From the NCBI GenBank assembly GCA_964188305.1, contig OZ076885.1: a stretch of DNA of 64,000 nt; one strand, written 5' to 3'. This DNA comes from Podarcis bocagei. Lineage: Eukaryota. Under the pieces are notes generated by a model that worked only from the letters and a program-made list of their open reading frames with translations, did no database searches and was not told the DNA's origin. This document shows, piece after piece, positions 1-11,819 of the stretch; position 1 is the first letter of the stretch, and each line of letters starts with the position of its first letter. A program made the position numbers and the translations under genes.

Positions 1-628
1 AACGTCTGTCTCTGACACCCCGTTCCCAGGCTAGAGACGGTGGAAACTTATCCTTCTTCACTCCCTCTCCTGCAAGGGTTGAACAAAGTTCCCCCCCTTT
101 TCTCCTGCTTCCAAGGGGGTTTCAGTAATTCTGAATGTAGGAAATTTAAACTTTTTTTGACAGCTTTCCCGGCATTAGCTTACAAAGTTTTTGCTTTAGT
201 CTATATACAAAAAGCGGAAGGCAGACTTCCTGTTTTGAACCTTCCCGCTTTGTTGCCAAATTAAGAAATTTCTTGATCCAATTTTCCGTTTCTACTCACG
301 GGTACTTGTTTTAAATCCAATTGTCCACAGGGAAAAGTCAGTGCTCTCTGGCAATGGCTGTGTGGCTTCACTCCGTGAAAGTAGCAGTCAGTTCGCAGCA
401 CCGCGCTTCTCACCCCACTTCGCTCTGGAGCCCCTAAATGGGATTCCCTGCGAGTAGGGGGGCGCTCCTGGTGCCCTGCCGAACCCCACATTCCCAGAAT
501 TCCTCCGCCTGGGATTTCTAGCGGGTCCCCACCTTCGCCGCGGTGGGAAGACCCAGTTTCCACGGAGCCCGTTCCTCCGGACGGAGGAACTCCGCCATTC
601 ACCGATGGCGCTGACCCGGAAGTCTCCC
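1..628 (-). mobile_element. 5' UTR/promoter end of an L1-clade LINE (body continues off the left edge)
   Basis: Minus strand begins GGGAGACTTCCGGGTCAGCGCCATCGGTGAATGGCGG, with ACTTCCGG and ATGGCG motifs typical of vertebrate L1 5' ends; CpG-rich for ~250 bp with an abrupt switch from the AT-rich flank. Confidence 0.5.
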
Positions 629-2897
629 TTGACACCATACATAATTTTATACCCCTCTATCTTGTCACCTTTTAGACTCCACAAATATTGTAATTTTTCC
701 ATGTAGGGATTATCATTTTGGTTGCCCTTTTCTAAATACTTTCCCATTCTTCAATATGCTTTTATGATATTGGCAGTTTTATTTTCACTCATTTTCCTAA
801 TTATCCCCAGCTGTATTCTCACAGCTGTAGCACAGAGTGAACATTTTTATTAATCACCATGATTATAGATCTCTTTCCTGGTCAGCCACCACCAATTCAA
901 ACTCCATGAGCCTATATGTGAAGTATGTTTGGGGTTTTTTAACACCACAGATAAGCATTTTCACATTTGAATTCTTTAACGCTCAGGTGGATACATCCCA
1001 GAAGTTTACAAGTCTGGTTTTACCTTTTTGTGTTGTATCTGATATCTTCCTTTTTGATAAAAGGATATGATACTCCCAAAAACCATAGAATATTATTGCC
1101 TTCCTATTCTGGTGATTTGCTAATGTTGCATGATAATTTCTACTCCTCAGATTAATTACTTTAGCTGTTTTGTTCTCTTGGGTTGTGTCTCGTATACCAT
1201 GGTCCAGCCTTAATTTCTTTGGTTTATTGTATTGCCTTGATTTGGAGGTGGGTTTTTGTATTTATTTTTCTTTATTTAATCTTGCATTTGTATCTTAAGC
1301 AAATATATATAGTGTTGATGCAAATTGTGATGTGCATAAGCCTCTACAATACACACTCGTGTCATGCTATACCAAGGAGTAATTCCCCTGGTGCCTATAA
1401 TTTGTTTCAGTAATGTGCAGCTGTGACCTTTATAGAAGAATGCTTATGGCCATAGCTAAGAATCTGAAGTGACATGCTGCCCTGATTTCTCATTAATAGA
1501 CTGTCCATCTTTAACTACACAGCTTGCTTAAATACTAGATGCTTGCAGTGTAGTGTTAATGAAAAGCAGAGTTGCAGTCTTGGCTAAGAAAGCTTGCTCA
1601 CCCTGTGGTGGTTTACAATGCTATGCTTAGTACTTAGAAGTTCAGATTAAAAATTGAGCATTGAGTCATCGCCCCCCTTCCTCCCACTTCTGACAAGTTA
1701 CAATCCCTGTGGGGCAGAGGATTCTGTTTTGTGAGGTTTACAGAACAATCCACACAAGAGTTGGGCATGCCCAATGGGTTTTCCCTTATCACACATGCCT
1801 GTTACTACAGCAGTTGGAGCAGAGGCTGCATGCAGCCCATTCATGCTTTGGTTAGGGAGGTTGTGCCTTGTGCTTAACCCAGGCATGACAGGGGACTCGA
1901 ATCTGTTACATTTTGAGTGGAGCTCTGACCACGGGAGTCGTCCCCCCCCCCCAGGAGAAGAGGGGGATGGAGAGATAATTTTCACTGGATACCCCTCTCT
2001 GCCACCCAGTATGCTCCCCAGAAATCTGCTCCAGCGTTGGGAGACCTTGAATAACCTGGAAGGTGGGGAGAATTGTTGAGATTTACCTTTCTTCCCTCTT
2101 CTGTTAGCTTATGGAAGCTTCTGTAGGATCAGTGGCCCTTCTGCAAATGGTGGGAGCCCTTTTATATGCAAAGGAGTGAGATGAGGTCCAATCTGGAGTG
2201 TTTTACAGTACATTAAGTATCAGGAGTTGTTTAAAATTAAATAGGGGGCAGAACAACCTTTTGAACAGATTGTGGGGGCGAATGGGAAGCTGACAGGAGT
2301 CCCCAGGATGAATGTGAAAAATGGATGATGGTTCAAATGCGGACAGGGTAGAATTAGGCATTGAGACAGCAGTTTTGAGAGGCTAAAGCACAATTTCCAA
2401 GGCATTTGGGGAGAGGCACCGTAGACAAGTAGTTATATGCCAGTGCTAGAAGGCAAGGAAGTTCCATTGCACAGTTAAAAGTCCTTGTGCTAATGGAACT
2501 GTTTACTCGGATGCTGCCTCTTGTATTCTAACATCCATGAAAAGCACCAAACACTGGGTGTGGGTAATTTTCCTGTGGGGCAGTTCTGGGAAACTAGGGC
2601 ATCTTCTTGTGTATTGGTGTATGCTATTCTCTTGTGGTAGCAAGAATGAGGTTAATTATGAGCGACTGGACTATACCCACCCCATTTTTATGATTGATTT
2701 TTTTTTCTAATGGCGAGTTTTCAAATGAATTTTAAAGTTGTATTTTAAATTGTAATCTGCCCTGGGCCCTTGGGATGAAGGGCAGGCAATAAATTAAATG
2801 ATAATTAAGAGTAAGGGTTGGACATCTGTGTAGAAATGGGTTTGAACCAATGTGGCTTTTTGTTTCCTGTTGCTAAGCAGTGATGGAAAGAACTATA

Positions 2898-3117
2898 CAG
2901 TGGTACCTCGGTTGTTGAACGTAATCCGTTCTGGAAGACTTCCGAAACGTTTGAAAACCAAGGCACAATGGGTGGTCGGCAAATTCCATTGAGAAAATGG
3001 AGTAACACGCCTCAGAAGCTGTTCGACTTCCGAGAAAACTGAAACGTTCACTTCCGGGTTTTCAGCATTTGAAAACCGAAACATTTGGTTTCCGAGATGC
3101 TCGAAAATCAAGGTATT
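2898..3117. mobile_element. Tc1/mariner (Tigger/pogo-type) MITE, right end degenerate
   Basis: TA|CAGTGGTACCTCGG left terminus shared with several other copies in the window. Confidence 0.75.
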
Positions 3118-4059
3118 GCCTTAGGAAAATGCAAAACAGATACATCACTGTTCAAGTGGATACTATTTAGAGATTGGATTTTGTTAGCTTAACTTTCTCT
3201 ATAAAGTTAACATTTCAATGTGCACAACATGCATTTAGAAAGCTAGAGTTCGCTTTGAAGTTTGCTTGTAAAACCACCACCACCACCCAATCTACATCAC
3301 CTGTGAATGTTATCAGTAGTTTCAGTTTAGAATGAACTTTGTAGACTCAGCGAGTGTCCACTAGGGGTCAGTGCAACAACAGCAAAATATATTAAAAATA
3401 CTCATTCCTTGAGCCCCTGCTTTTGTGTTCAGTAAACACAGTAAACCCAACACATTGGTTTAAGACCATTTAGAGTTGCAATAAGACACACTCAATAAAA
3501 TAAGCAAAGTTGCTGGATCAGCATTACTCAGACCTACGACTGAAGATGTTAATTCTTTAAAGCGCAGAGATATGAAGTAAGCTGATTTAAGCAATGGAAG
3601 TGACTATATGTGACCGCTTTTCAATATGCAGTTATAGATTATAGATTTGGAGAGGACCCCCCTCAACACTAGAAATTAATATAAATGCTAGGATTTTGAT
3701 AAATTGGAATATGAAGGGAAAATACAAGCTGCAGAGGAATTCCTGAGCAAGCCTATGCAAAACAACCTGGTCAGAGTGGGGCCATTAAGAAAAATACAGG
3801 GCCATTGGGAGCCATTGACAAGGCAAGAGAGCCTTCCTTCCCCCTTGCCCTGAGGTGTGAACAGAGACTGGGGGTTTGGAAGGTTGCCTGGGTAACTGTG
3901 TTTGAGTTGACAGGAAAACGGAGTGTTGAGCAAGGTATGCTGGGGAGAAAAGGAGAAGGAAGACTGGGATCCATCTTGGGCAGGCTGGCTGCAGGCTGGC
4001 TGGGAGAGATACCTTGAATAAGTTGCATGGAATCAATTCCAATCTGTTACCTCCAAGCA

Positions 4060-5345
4060 TGTGAACAGGTTGCTTGGATATGTGAAACCAACCACCTGTC
4101 TTCATCCTGTAAAGCGAGTCGGGGTGGGCTCTGCGGGGTGGTGAATGCTTCCCTCTGTGAGGGAGACTTCCCAGACCTGCTGAAAGAGGCAGTCATTAAA
4201 ACGCTTCTTTAAAAAAAAAAATCTTTGGACCCGGCCGATCTGGCCAACTATCGCCCAGTCTCAAATCTTCCAGTCTCGGGCATGGTGATTGAGTGAGTGG
4301 TTGTTGAACAACTCCAGGCACGCCTGGAGGATGCAGACTATTTGGATCTCCTCCAGTCGGGATTCAGGCCTCATAATGGGACTGAAACTGTCTTGATCTT
4401 GCTGTTAAAGGTAGGTAGCCGTGATGGTCTGCCGTAGTCGAAACAAACAAACAAAAAATCCTTCCAGTAGCACCTTAGAGACCAACTAAGTTTGTTATTG
4501 GTATGAGCTTTCGTGTGCATGCACACTTCTCTCTGGTCAATGATCTCCAGCGGGCTAGGATCAAAGGTGAAAGCTGTTTCCTTGTTCCTACTGGATCTCT
4601 CAGTGGCCTTTGATACCATGACATCCTTCTAGACCGTCTAGAGGAGTTGGGAGCTGGGGGCACTGTTATACAGTGGTTCCGCTCCTTCCTCCTGTGCCAT
4701 TTCCAGAAATTGATGGTGGGGGATGAGTGCTCAGACCCCTGGGCTCTCACTTGTGGGGTACCTCAGGGTTCCGTCCTCTCCCCCATGCTTTTTAACATCT
4801 ATATGAAGCTGCTGGGAGAGATCATCGGGGGTTTGGACTGGGTGTCCATCAATATGCAGATGATACCCAGCTCTACCTCTCTTTCAAATCAGAACCAGTG
4901 AAGGCGGTGAAGGTCATGTGTGAGTGCCTGGAGGCAGTTGGAGGATGGATGGTGGCTAACAGATTGAGGTTGAATCCTGACAAGACAAAAGTACTGTTCT
5001 TGGGGAACAGGGGGTGGGTGGGTGTGGAGGACTCCCTGGTCCTGAATGGGGTAACTGTGCCCCCGAAGGACCAGGTGCGCAGCCTGGGAGTCATTTTGCA
5101 CTTGCAGCTGTCCATGGAGGTGCAGGTCAATTCTGTGTCCAGGACAGCTGTCTACCAGCTCCATCTGGTAGGCAGGCTGAGACCCTACCTGCCCGCAGAC
5201 TGTCTTGCCAGAGTGGTGCATGCTCTGGTTATCTCCCGCTTGGACTACTGCAGTGCACTCTACGAGGGGCTACCTGTGAAGCTGACCCGGAAACTGCAAT
5301 TTAACCATGATGCAGCAGCTAGACTGGTGACTGGGAGTGGCTGCT
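4060..5345 (+). mobile_element. L2-clade LINE reverse transcriptase fragment (disabled)
   Basis: Translates across frames to NYRPVSNLP, QSGFRPHNGTET, GVPQGSVLSPMLFNIYM, QYADDTQLY, RLRLNPDKT and SRLDYC; contains stops and frameshifts. Confidence 0.92.
4406..4530 (-). mobile_element. Penelope-like pLTR fragment with truncated hammerhead motif, inserted into the L2
   Basis: Interrupts the L2 frame between ETVLIL and LVNDL; minus strand reads AGAA-GTGTGCATGCACAC-GAAAGCTCATAC...TTAGTTGGTCTCTAAGGTGCTAC. Confidence 0.75.
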
Positions 5346-5749
5346 GAATCACGTGGAGAGCAGGGAGGAGAGGGGTGAGGGGAAAAGAAAGAGCCTGTTC
5401 ACTGTTGGAAATTCCATTCCTCCCGTGCTGCAAATGTGTGGGATTCTTACATGTCACATGTCTGTTTACATTCCAGCACTGATTATTGGAGTCTTGTGAG
5501 CGGAAATAGAGATACGCTGTTCCTTTTGTATAGCTTTTGCTTTTGCAGCTCTCTCTCCGAGGAAGAAAGACAGCGGAAGAAGCCATGTTTTTCTTTCTTC
5601 TGTTACATTTGATTTAATTTGCATTAAAAATGGCTTAGATGTTACTCCTCAAGGCTAAGCTTCTGTTTCAACTCTGCTTGTCGTGTGCTCATGTCCTTGG
5701 ATATGGGCCACATCACCATGGCGGGAAACCAGAGTGATGAATCTTGGGT

Positions 5750-6122
5750 GACGCTGCGTTGGGGGGGGGGGAGGCACCGGCCTCAGCGTTATCACCTAAT
5801 GCTATCATCTCTGCCTCGATGCTCGGCTGCTTCCACCTTGCTGCTTGGAGCATGAGGAGCAGCTTGCGTGCTGTGCTCGGCTGGCTCCGCCTGTCTCAGT
5901 TGAGGGGTGCGGAACAGAGCGGGAGCAGCTAGGCTGGGCAGAGGGGTGGGTGATATGAGAAATGACCTCAGGTGCATGTGGAGAGTGGGAGGGGAGCAGC
6001 CCAGCCCCACATCCCTCTGGCTTTCTAGTAATGAACTCTGTGCTGGGGCAATGGCGCGTGTGCCCACAGAGAGGGCTCTGAGTGTCCCCTCTGGCACATG
6101 TGCCATAGGTTTGCCACCACTG
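5750..6122. mobile_element. hAT-type non-autonomous element, only one terminus recognisable
   Basis: Ends GGCACATGTGCCATAGGTTTGCCACCACTG (hAT-Charlie-like TIR); left boundary uncertain. Confidence 0.5.
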
Positions 6123-7969
6123 CCCTAGGCCATCAGCCTTGAGGTCTCAGACATCTTTCTTGAGGCAGCCTCCATCAGCTCAGGCAAGGAAACTGTTGGG
6201 TGGCAGGTTTCAGTGGCACAGACCAAGTTCAGCATGGTCAAGATTGTTTTTCTTGGCCAATCACTTCTGAATGTACTTCTCTACTTTGACACTAGTAATA
6301 TACAGGGTGAGTCCTTTAAAAGAGGCCCTGTGGATACAGAGTACACATGTTCTTATCTTAAGGAGTTAATATTAACCCTAACAGGCAACATCTCATTTAT
6401 TCAAGGTTTGACAGTTTCAGTGATTACTATGGGGTAGGTAAGACAGAAGGCCAAAATTGCTGACATGTATATGTAGTGGTGTATATTATAGCCTTGTTTG
6501 TGAGCTCTACATCAGCTTGTATCTCCCATCCTCCCATCTTTCCTAATAGGGTAGATCAGTTGAGTAATTTTCTCATAAAATACAGAAGGCTCATTGAGCC
6601 CACATTTTTAGCAATTTCGTTGGATGATTAATAGATCCAGGATATGGAATAGTTTGCATGCAAAGGGTGATATCCAAATTGTAAATTCACATTTGACCTA
6701 ATTATGCCTACATAATACTAAGCTTACTTTGTTGTTCATGGTTTTATTAGCTTTTTTTTCAAAATCCTAAGATTAATGGTGTATTTGATGCATTCTAGTG
6801 AGAGCCAATGTGAAAAAATGTTAATGAAGGGGAATGTATATGAGAAAGTTCTGACATGGAATCTAGGTTTTTCTTGAAACTATGAATGCAAAAGAGAACT
6901 GGCAGAAAACCAAGTTATAGCCTATTCAAAAGGAAGCAGTCCTATGCTAGGTTAATGTAAGCCATACCCTTCCCTAATTGTAATAACTCTAACAATTTTT
7001 TGCCAAGTATAAAACACATTAGTTTAATGTTATTAAACAGTGAAATGAAACTACAAAATAATGTCAGTGATTTTTATGGCTAACAGTATTGTACCTTGAA
7101 TTTGTCTGTGATAATTTAGGAGAGCAAATCGTATTTAGCTGATATTTGAAACATCATGGATTGCTGGTTACATTTAAAAAAAAAATTAAAACACACAATA
7201 GCTGTAAAAGATAAGTTGCTTCTTCAATTTGGTGAAGAAATGCCTGATTGTGTATAAGTACAGCTGGGCTTCTGCAGGGCTGGGTAGAAAACACACCTGT
7301 CATTGCAAATCAGTTGACATGGTGATACAACCAAATATTTGCCTCCTATAAAAGGTCTCATAGGCCAAAGTGCAACAAATAAAGTACAGTGAAGTCCCTC
7401 ACAAGTCCTCTGGATTAGCTCTTTTTGTGTTGATACACAGGTAGGAATTGAAAGTGCTCTCTTAATCTTAATGGAGGAAGCCATTCTTCTGACTAATAGG
7501 TCAAAGAGGGCCTTCAGTGGGGACGGAAAGCCTAAAGGAAGCCAGTACACCACTGCTTCAGATTCTGCAGGGTGATGTCTTACTCTCCTTGGGTGGTGAT
7601 GTGCTCTGCTGTGCTTGCTCCTGCAGCTTCCAGGCAGGCTTCATTTGCAGCCTCTCATACTGTCCTATTCAGCACTGTAGTTGTACCTTAGGAGGATGTG
7701 CAGCTGTGGCAAGATTATGAACATATATGGAAGGACTAAGGCCTTCTGTGGGTTCTAAACACCATATATGTGGTGACTCTAATATAGACAGGTCTTCAGT
7801 GTTGTGAAGTATCTTGTTGTACCTTTCTGTCTTGGTGTACATATGTAAATTGGTCCAAATTCTATCAGGGATGAGTTTTAGATTAGGAAAATAAAGGAAT
7901 CTACTATATATTCTGGAAAAACTTTTTTTACCATTTGTTCTCAGTAGGTCTGGCTGCCTCTTGATACCA

Positions 7970-8545
7970 TCATCAAACTTGGTATGAGGGTTTCTGAGGT
8001 GGGGTGGCAGTTTTTGTTGATGTGGGCAATGCAGCCACCATTTTGAATCAAGATGGCAGTACGATATGTGACTGCCTGATTTTTGGAGTGATGGGTACAA
8101 ACTTGACTGATTTCAAACTCTGCATGATTGTTCCTGGGATGAGGGGGTCTGTGGTTTTCTTCAGTGTTGGACTACTGGTCACCATTTTGAATCAACGGTG
8201 GTCCAAAATGTGACTTAGGCTTGTCTTCACACATTTTTTTGTGTGGTGGGTCCAAATGGCACCAATTTCAAACTCTGCATGAGATTTCCAGAGGTGAGGG
8301 TAGCAGTTTTTGTCAATGCAGGGATGCTACCCACTATTTTGAATCAATATGGTAGACCAGAATGTGGCTTAAGTGGGATTTTGTCTGATTTTGGCCATAA
8401 CCATTCTAACCTGTGCTAATTTGTATGCCTCTGAAGATGTCAGCACCTAACTTGGCACAAGGGTTCCCAAGATGGATGAGGTGGTCTTCATTCATGTTTG
8501 GATGGCAGTTGCCATGTTGAATCAAGAAGGTGGACCAAATAAACC
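7970..8545. repeat. Four degenerate ~145-175 bp units (old repeat of uncertain class)
   Basis: Recurring CAAACT(T/G)..ATGA and CCATTTTGAATCAA.ATGG motifs near 8038, 8182, 8334 and 8512. Confidence 0.6.
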
Positions 8546-10996
8546 ACAATTAAACATTAGCACCCCCCACCCCCAAAACACTGATTCAGGGCTAATGTTC
8601 CCCAGGTCAGGTAGGAGCTCTGAGGTGTATGTGTGTGTGTTTGTGTGTTATTAGTTATCCACCCTTCACCCTAAGGTCTCAGGGCAGGTAACAACAATAA
8701 AACACAATATTACTCTGTGTGTAATATGCACACATACTGCACACGTGCACATACTGTAAAACTCACAGATTACCCTATCCACATAAAAACCACCATATTC
8801 TTTGGTAGACAGCACCAGGGACTCCCTGCCAGTTCTAAATATGTGGTTTTATATCTGTGCCCCTGAAGCGTCCTAAGGAAGCAAATTCTAATAATTCATT
8901 GAAAAACCCGAAAAGCATTAAAAAACCCCACAACTGGGTGAAGTGGATTATTCAGGAATATGTACGTGGTAATAGATATTCAAGAGGTTACTTCTCACTT
9001 TAGTAGGCCAACAATAGGTTGTTGTTTTTGTCCCGGTCTGTTGTGATTAACAGAAATAATTTCCTCTAATACAACAATGGGGAACCTTTTTTTCCGGCCG
9101 AGAGCTGCATTGATCCATTTAAAACTGTTGTGGGTCTCATTCCAGTAGTGCACTAGGCACAACTTAAAATCACATTGGATGTGATTTATGCCCCCATAAT
9201 AGCATTTCCTCCAGAGGAAACAAAATACTGATTTTAATCAGGTTGTGGTAGATTGATTACAAATTTCTGAATCGCTGAAATATAGAGTGAAAACTATTTC
9301 ACTGGAAAACTTGATATACTGCTCTGCAGCATCCTCCTTTTTTTGAAAAGACCATTTTGAGCCTGCTCTGTTCTCATTCTGCTTAGAATTATTTTACCTT
9401 TTAGAATCAACATGAGTAGCTTTGACTTTGTTCTGTCTTGAAGGTAACTATTTATTACTGTGGTTCTTTAAATCTCTCGATTAATAGGAGCAATTAAACA
9501 ATAGTTTAATTTCCATCAAATTAACTGCCCTAAGAGATAATTGCAACATAAATGAAGATAAATTTGTTTCAATACACCAAGAGTTTTATATAAGTCAAGA
9601 ACTGAATCTCCAGTTTAAAATCAGAGGTGAAACTTGAAATGACATGTGACCTAGTCTTAATACATGACTCAGATGGGCAGATGGGTCTGAGGATTAGATC
9701 CATGTGTGTTTAGACCTCTTGTGAGTGGCATTTGACATTAGCTGTGCACCAGTCACATTTTGCTACTGACAACTGGCCTTTTGTGACTGGGTGGAGATGT
9801 CCAGGCATCACCCTTGGTGCTTAGCAACTCCACCTGCCTAGCTGCAGCCAGCTGGTCCGCCAGACACAGCAGCAGTAAATGTGCACCAATTTTTGCTGCT
9901 GTGCTCCATCCACCAAGCACCTGAATTGCCTGGTAGCGCAGCAACAAAAGACACACTGCCGAGCGGATCACATGTTTGGCGGGATAGATGCATCTTTTGC
10001 TGCCCTGCTCCCCTGCAGACCCCCTGATTCACCAGTCAGTAAGTTATTTATTTTGCTGCCCTGCTCCCGAGTGAATCAGGTGTTTGGTGGGATAGAGCCC
10101 TACCCTGCAGACACCCTGATGCACCCAGCTTGCTCAGTTGTGCTGGTCCCAAGCTACCACTTGGTGGAATGGCATGTGGGGCAAATCTCTGGGAGGTAGA
10201 ACACTTTGGTAACAGTTACCTCTTCTCAGCCTTCCCTGGTGTGATAGCTCTGCTTTTTTGAAGATACTACCATCATCCAAGCTTTAGGACAGCCTTCCCC
10301 TCCAAACATTTTAAATGAAACTTCCATCAGCCCCATTCAGTATGGCCATGGTGACTAGGTTGGAAGTAGTCTCAAACATTGGGAGGGTGACCTGCATTGG
10401 GGCCTTGAGAGTAGACTACTTAGCAAAAACTGAAGCTGAACTATCCCTCAGTTTGGCCTTCCTTTTTTAAACTTGGTGCGGATCTACTCCAGGAGAAGTT
10501 ACAAAAACAAATACATCCTGCGTCAAATCTGCCCCCTCCTTTTTCTTTTTCTTGGAGATGGAGGCTGTGTTTCATTCAGAATAATTCTAATACTGTGACA
10601 TTCTATCTGCGGTGTTCTAGCTTCCCTCTTGAAAACAAATGATTCACTTAACTGTTCTCATTTCAAATTCATTCATGTGGAATCCAGAAGAAATTGATTT
10701 AACTTTTAAAATATTTATTGTGATTGAAAACACATCTTGGTTTCAAGAGATTTGTGGTGTACACCAATAGCCTATTACTAATAACAACAGCAACAGCAAC
10801 AGACAAGTAAGCACTTTTACCATTAGCTTCCACTCCTCTGTAGTTTCTTTGTGCATCAGCTGCAAGACTGCCAGTTTATGTTGTTGGTCAGATCATGAAA
10901 TTGCTCTTTAATGGAAGCAGGACTCTGAACAGAGGAGCAAAATGCTGCATCACAGGGTTTCTATGTAATCAAATTCTTTTAATTTTGTCTTTACAG

Positions 10997-11124
10997 TTGC
11001 ACAGAAGATTGTTGCAACAAGGAAAAAACAGCAACTTTCGATAGGCCCTTGCAAATCCCTACCAAACTCTCCAAGCCACTCATCTGTATGTTCAGTCCAG
11101 GTTTCGGCAGTACATATCAGCCAG
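10997..11124 (+). CDS. AGAP1: AGAP1 internal coding exon (end of GTPase-like domain), 128 nt
   Basis: ttacag| acceptor and |gtatga donor; encodes (V)AQKIVATRKKQQLSIGPCKSLPNSPSHSSVCSVQVSAVHISQ, recognised as AGAP1; ends in phase 0. Confidence 0.96.
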
Positions 11125-11605
11125 GTATGAAATAGAATGTAATTATTTGCATCCCTTTTAGTGGTAGATACAGACTGGGCAACGTGAATTGGCATTGGTA
11201 ACCAGTGTTCTTGCATTTGACTCAGATTCTTCATATCACAAGGCAGCACTTTTACACCTAGGAATAGAATATGGGTTCTGACAACCTCAGGCAGAGAGTA
11301 TTTTCAGTTGTTCTTTGGATAGCTTTCTTTGAGTTGCTGTGCCCTTGTGTTACTTTAATTTATATTGTATTTAGCTTTGAAGGTTCATAATGTGCAACCA
11401 CAGTTAAAGAGCTAAAGAACCCCCAACCTAAATATGCTCTATGACCTTCTAAAAAAGGCCACTTAAATAGAGCCTGGAAATTGCTTCTAAACTATGTAAA
11501 GTTTAAACTATGTATTTCCATGTGTCTTTGTTGTCTGAACTTGGCCAAATGTGTGATACTTTAAGAGCTAGTTCACAATCAAGTTTAGAGATTGCCTTGG
11601 AGGTA

Positions 11606-11819
11606 CAGTCATACCTCGGGTTGAAGTTGCTTCAGGTTGAGTGCTTTCGGATTGTGTTCTGCGTTACTTCTGGGTTTCGCCGCTTGCGCATTCGCAGACA
11701 GTCAAAATGACGTCATGCGCGGAAGCGGCAAATCGCGACCCGCAGACGCGGGTTGCGTTCGCTTCAGGATGCGAACGGGGCTCCGGAACGGATCCCATTC
11801 GTATTCAGAGGTACCATTG
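11606..11819. mobile_element. Tigger/pogo-type MITE
   Basis: TA|CAGTCATACCTCGG ... GAGGTACCATTG|TA; CpG-rich interior. Confidence 0.85.

Noticed and set aside
261-747. ORFs of 119-125 aa as a retroviral gag
   Set aside because: No gag motifs; they straddle the junction between an L1-like 5' UTR and its flank.
1690-2600. Possible minus-strand solo LTR (TATAAAA near 2165)
   Set aside because: Could not define both termini or a TSD.
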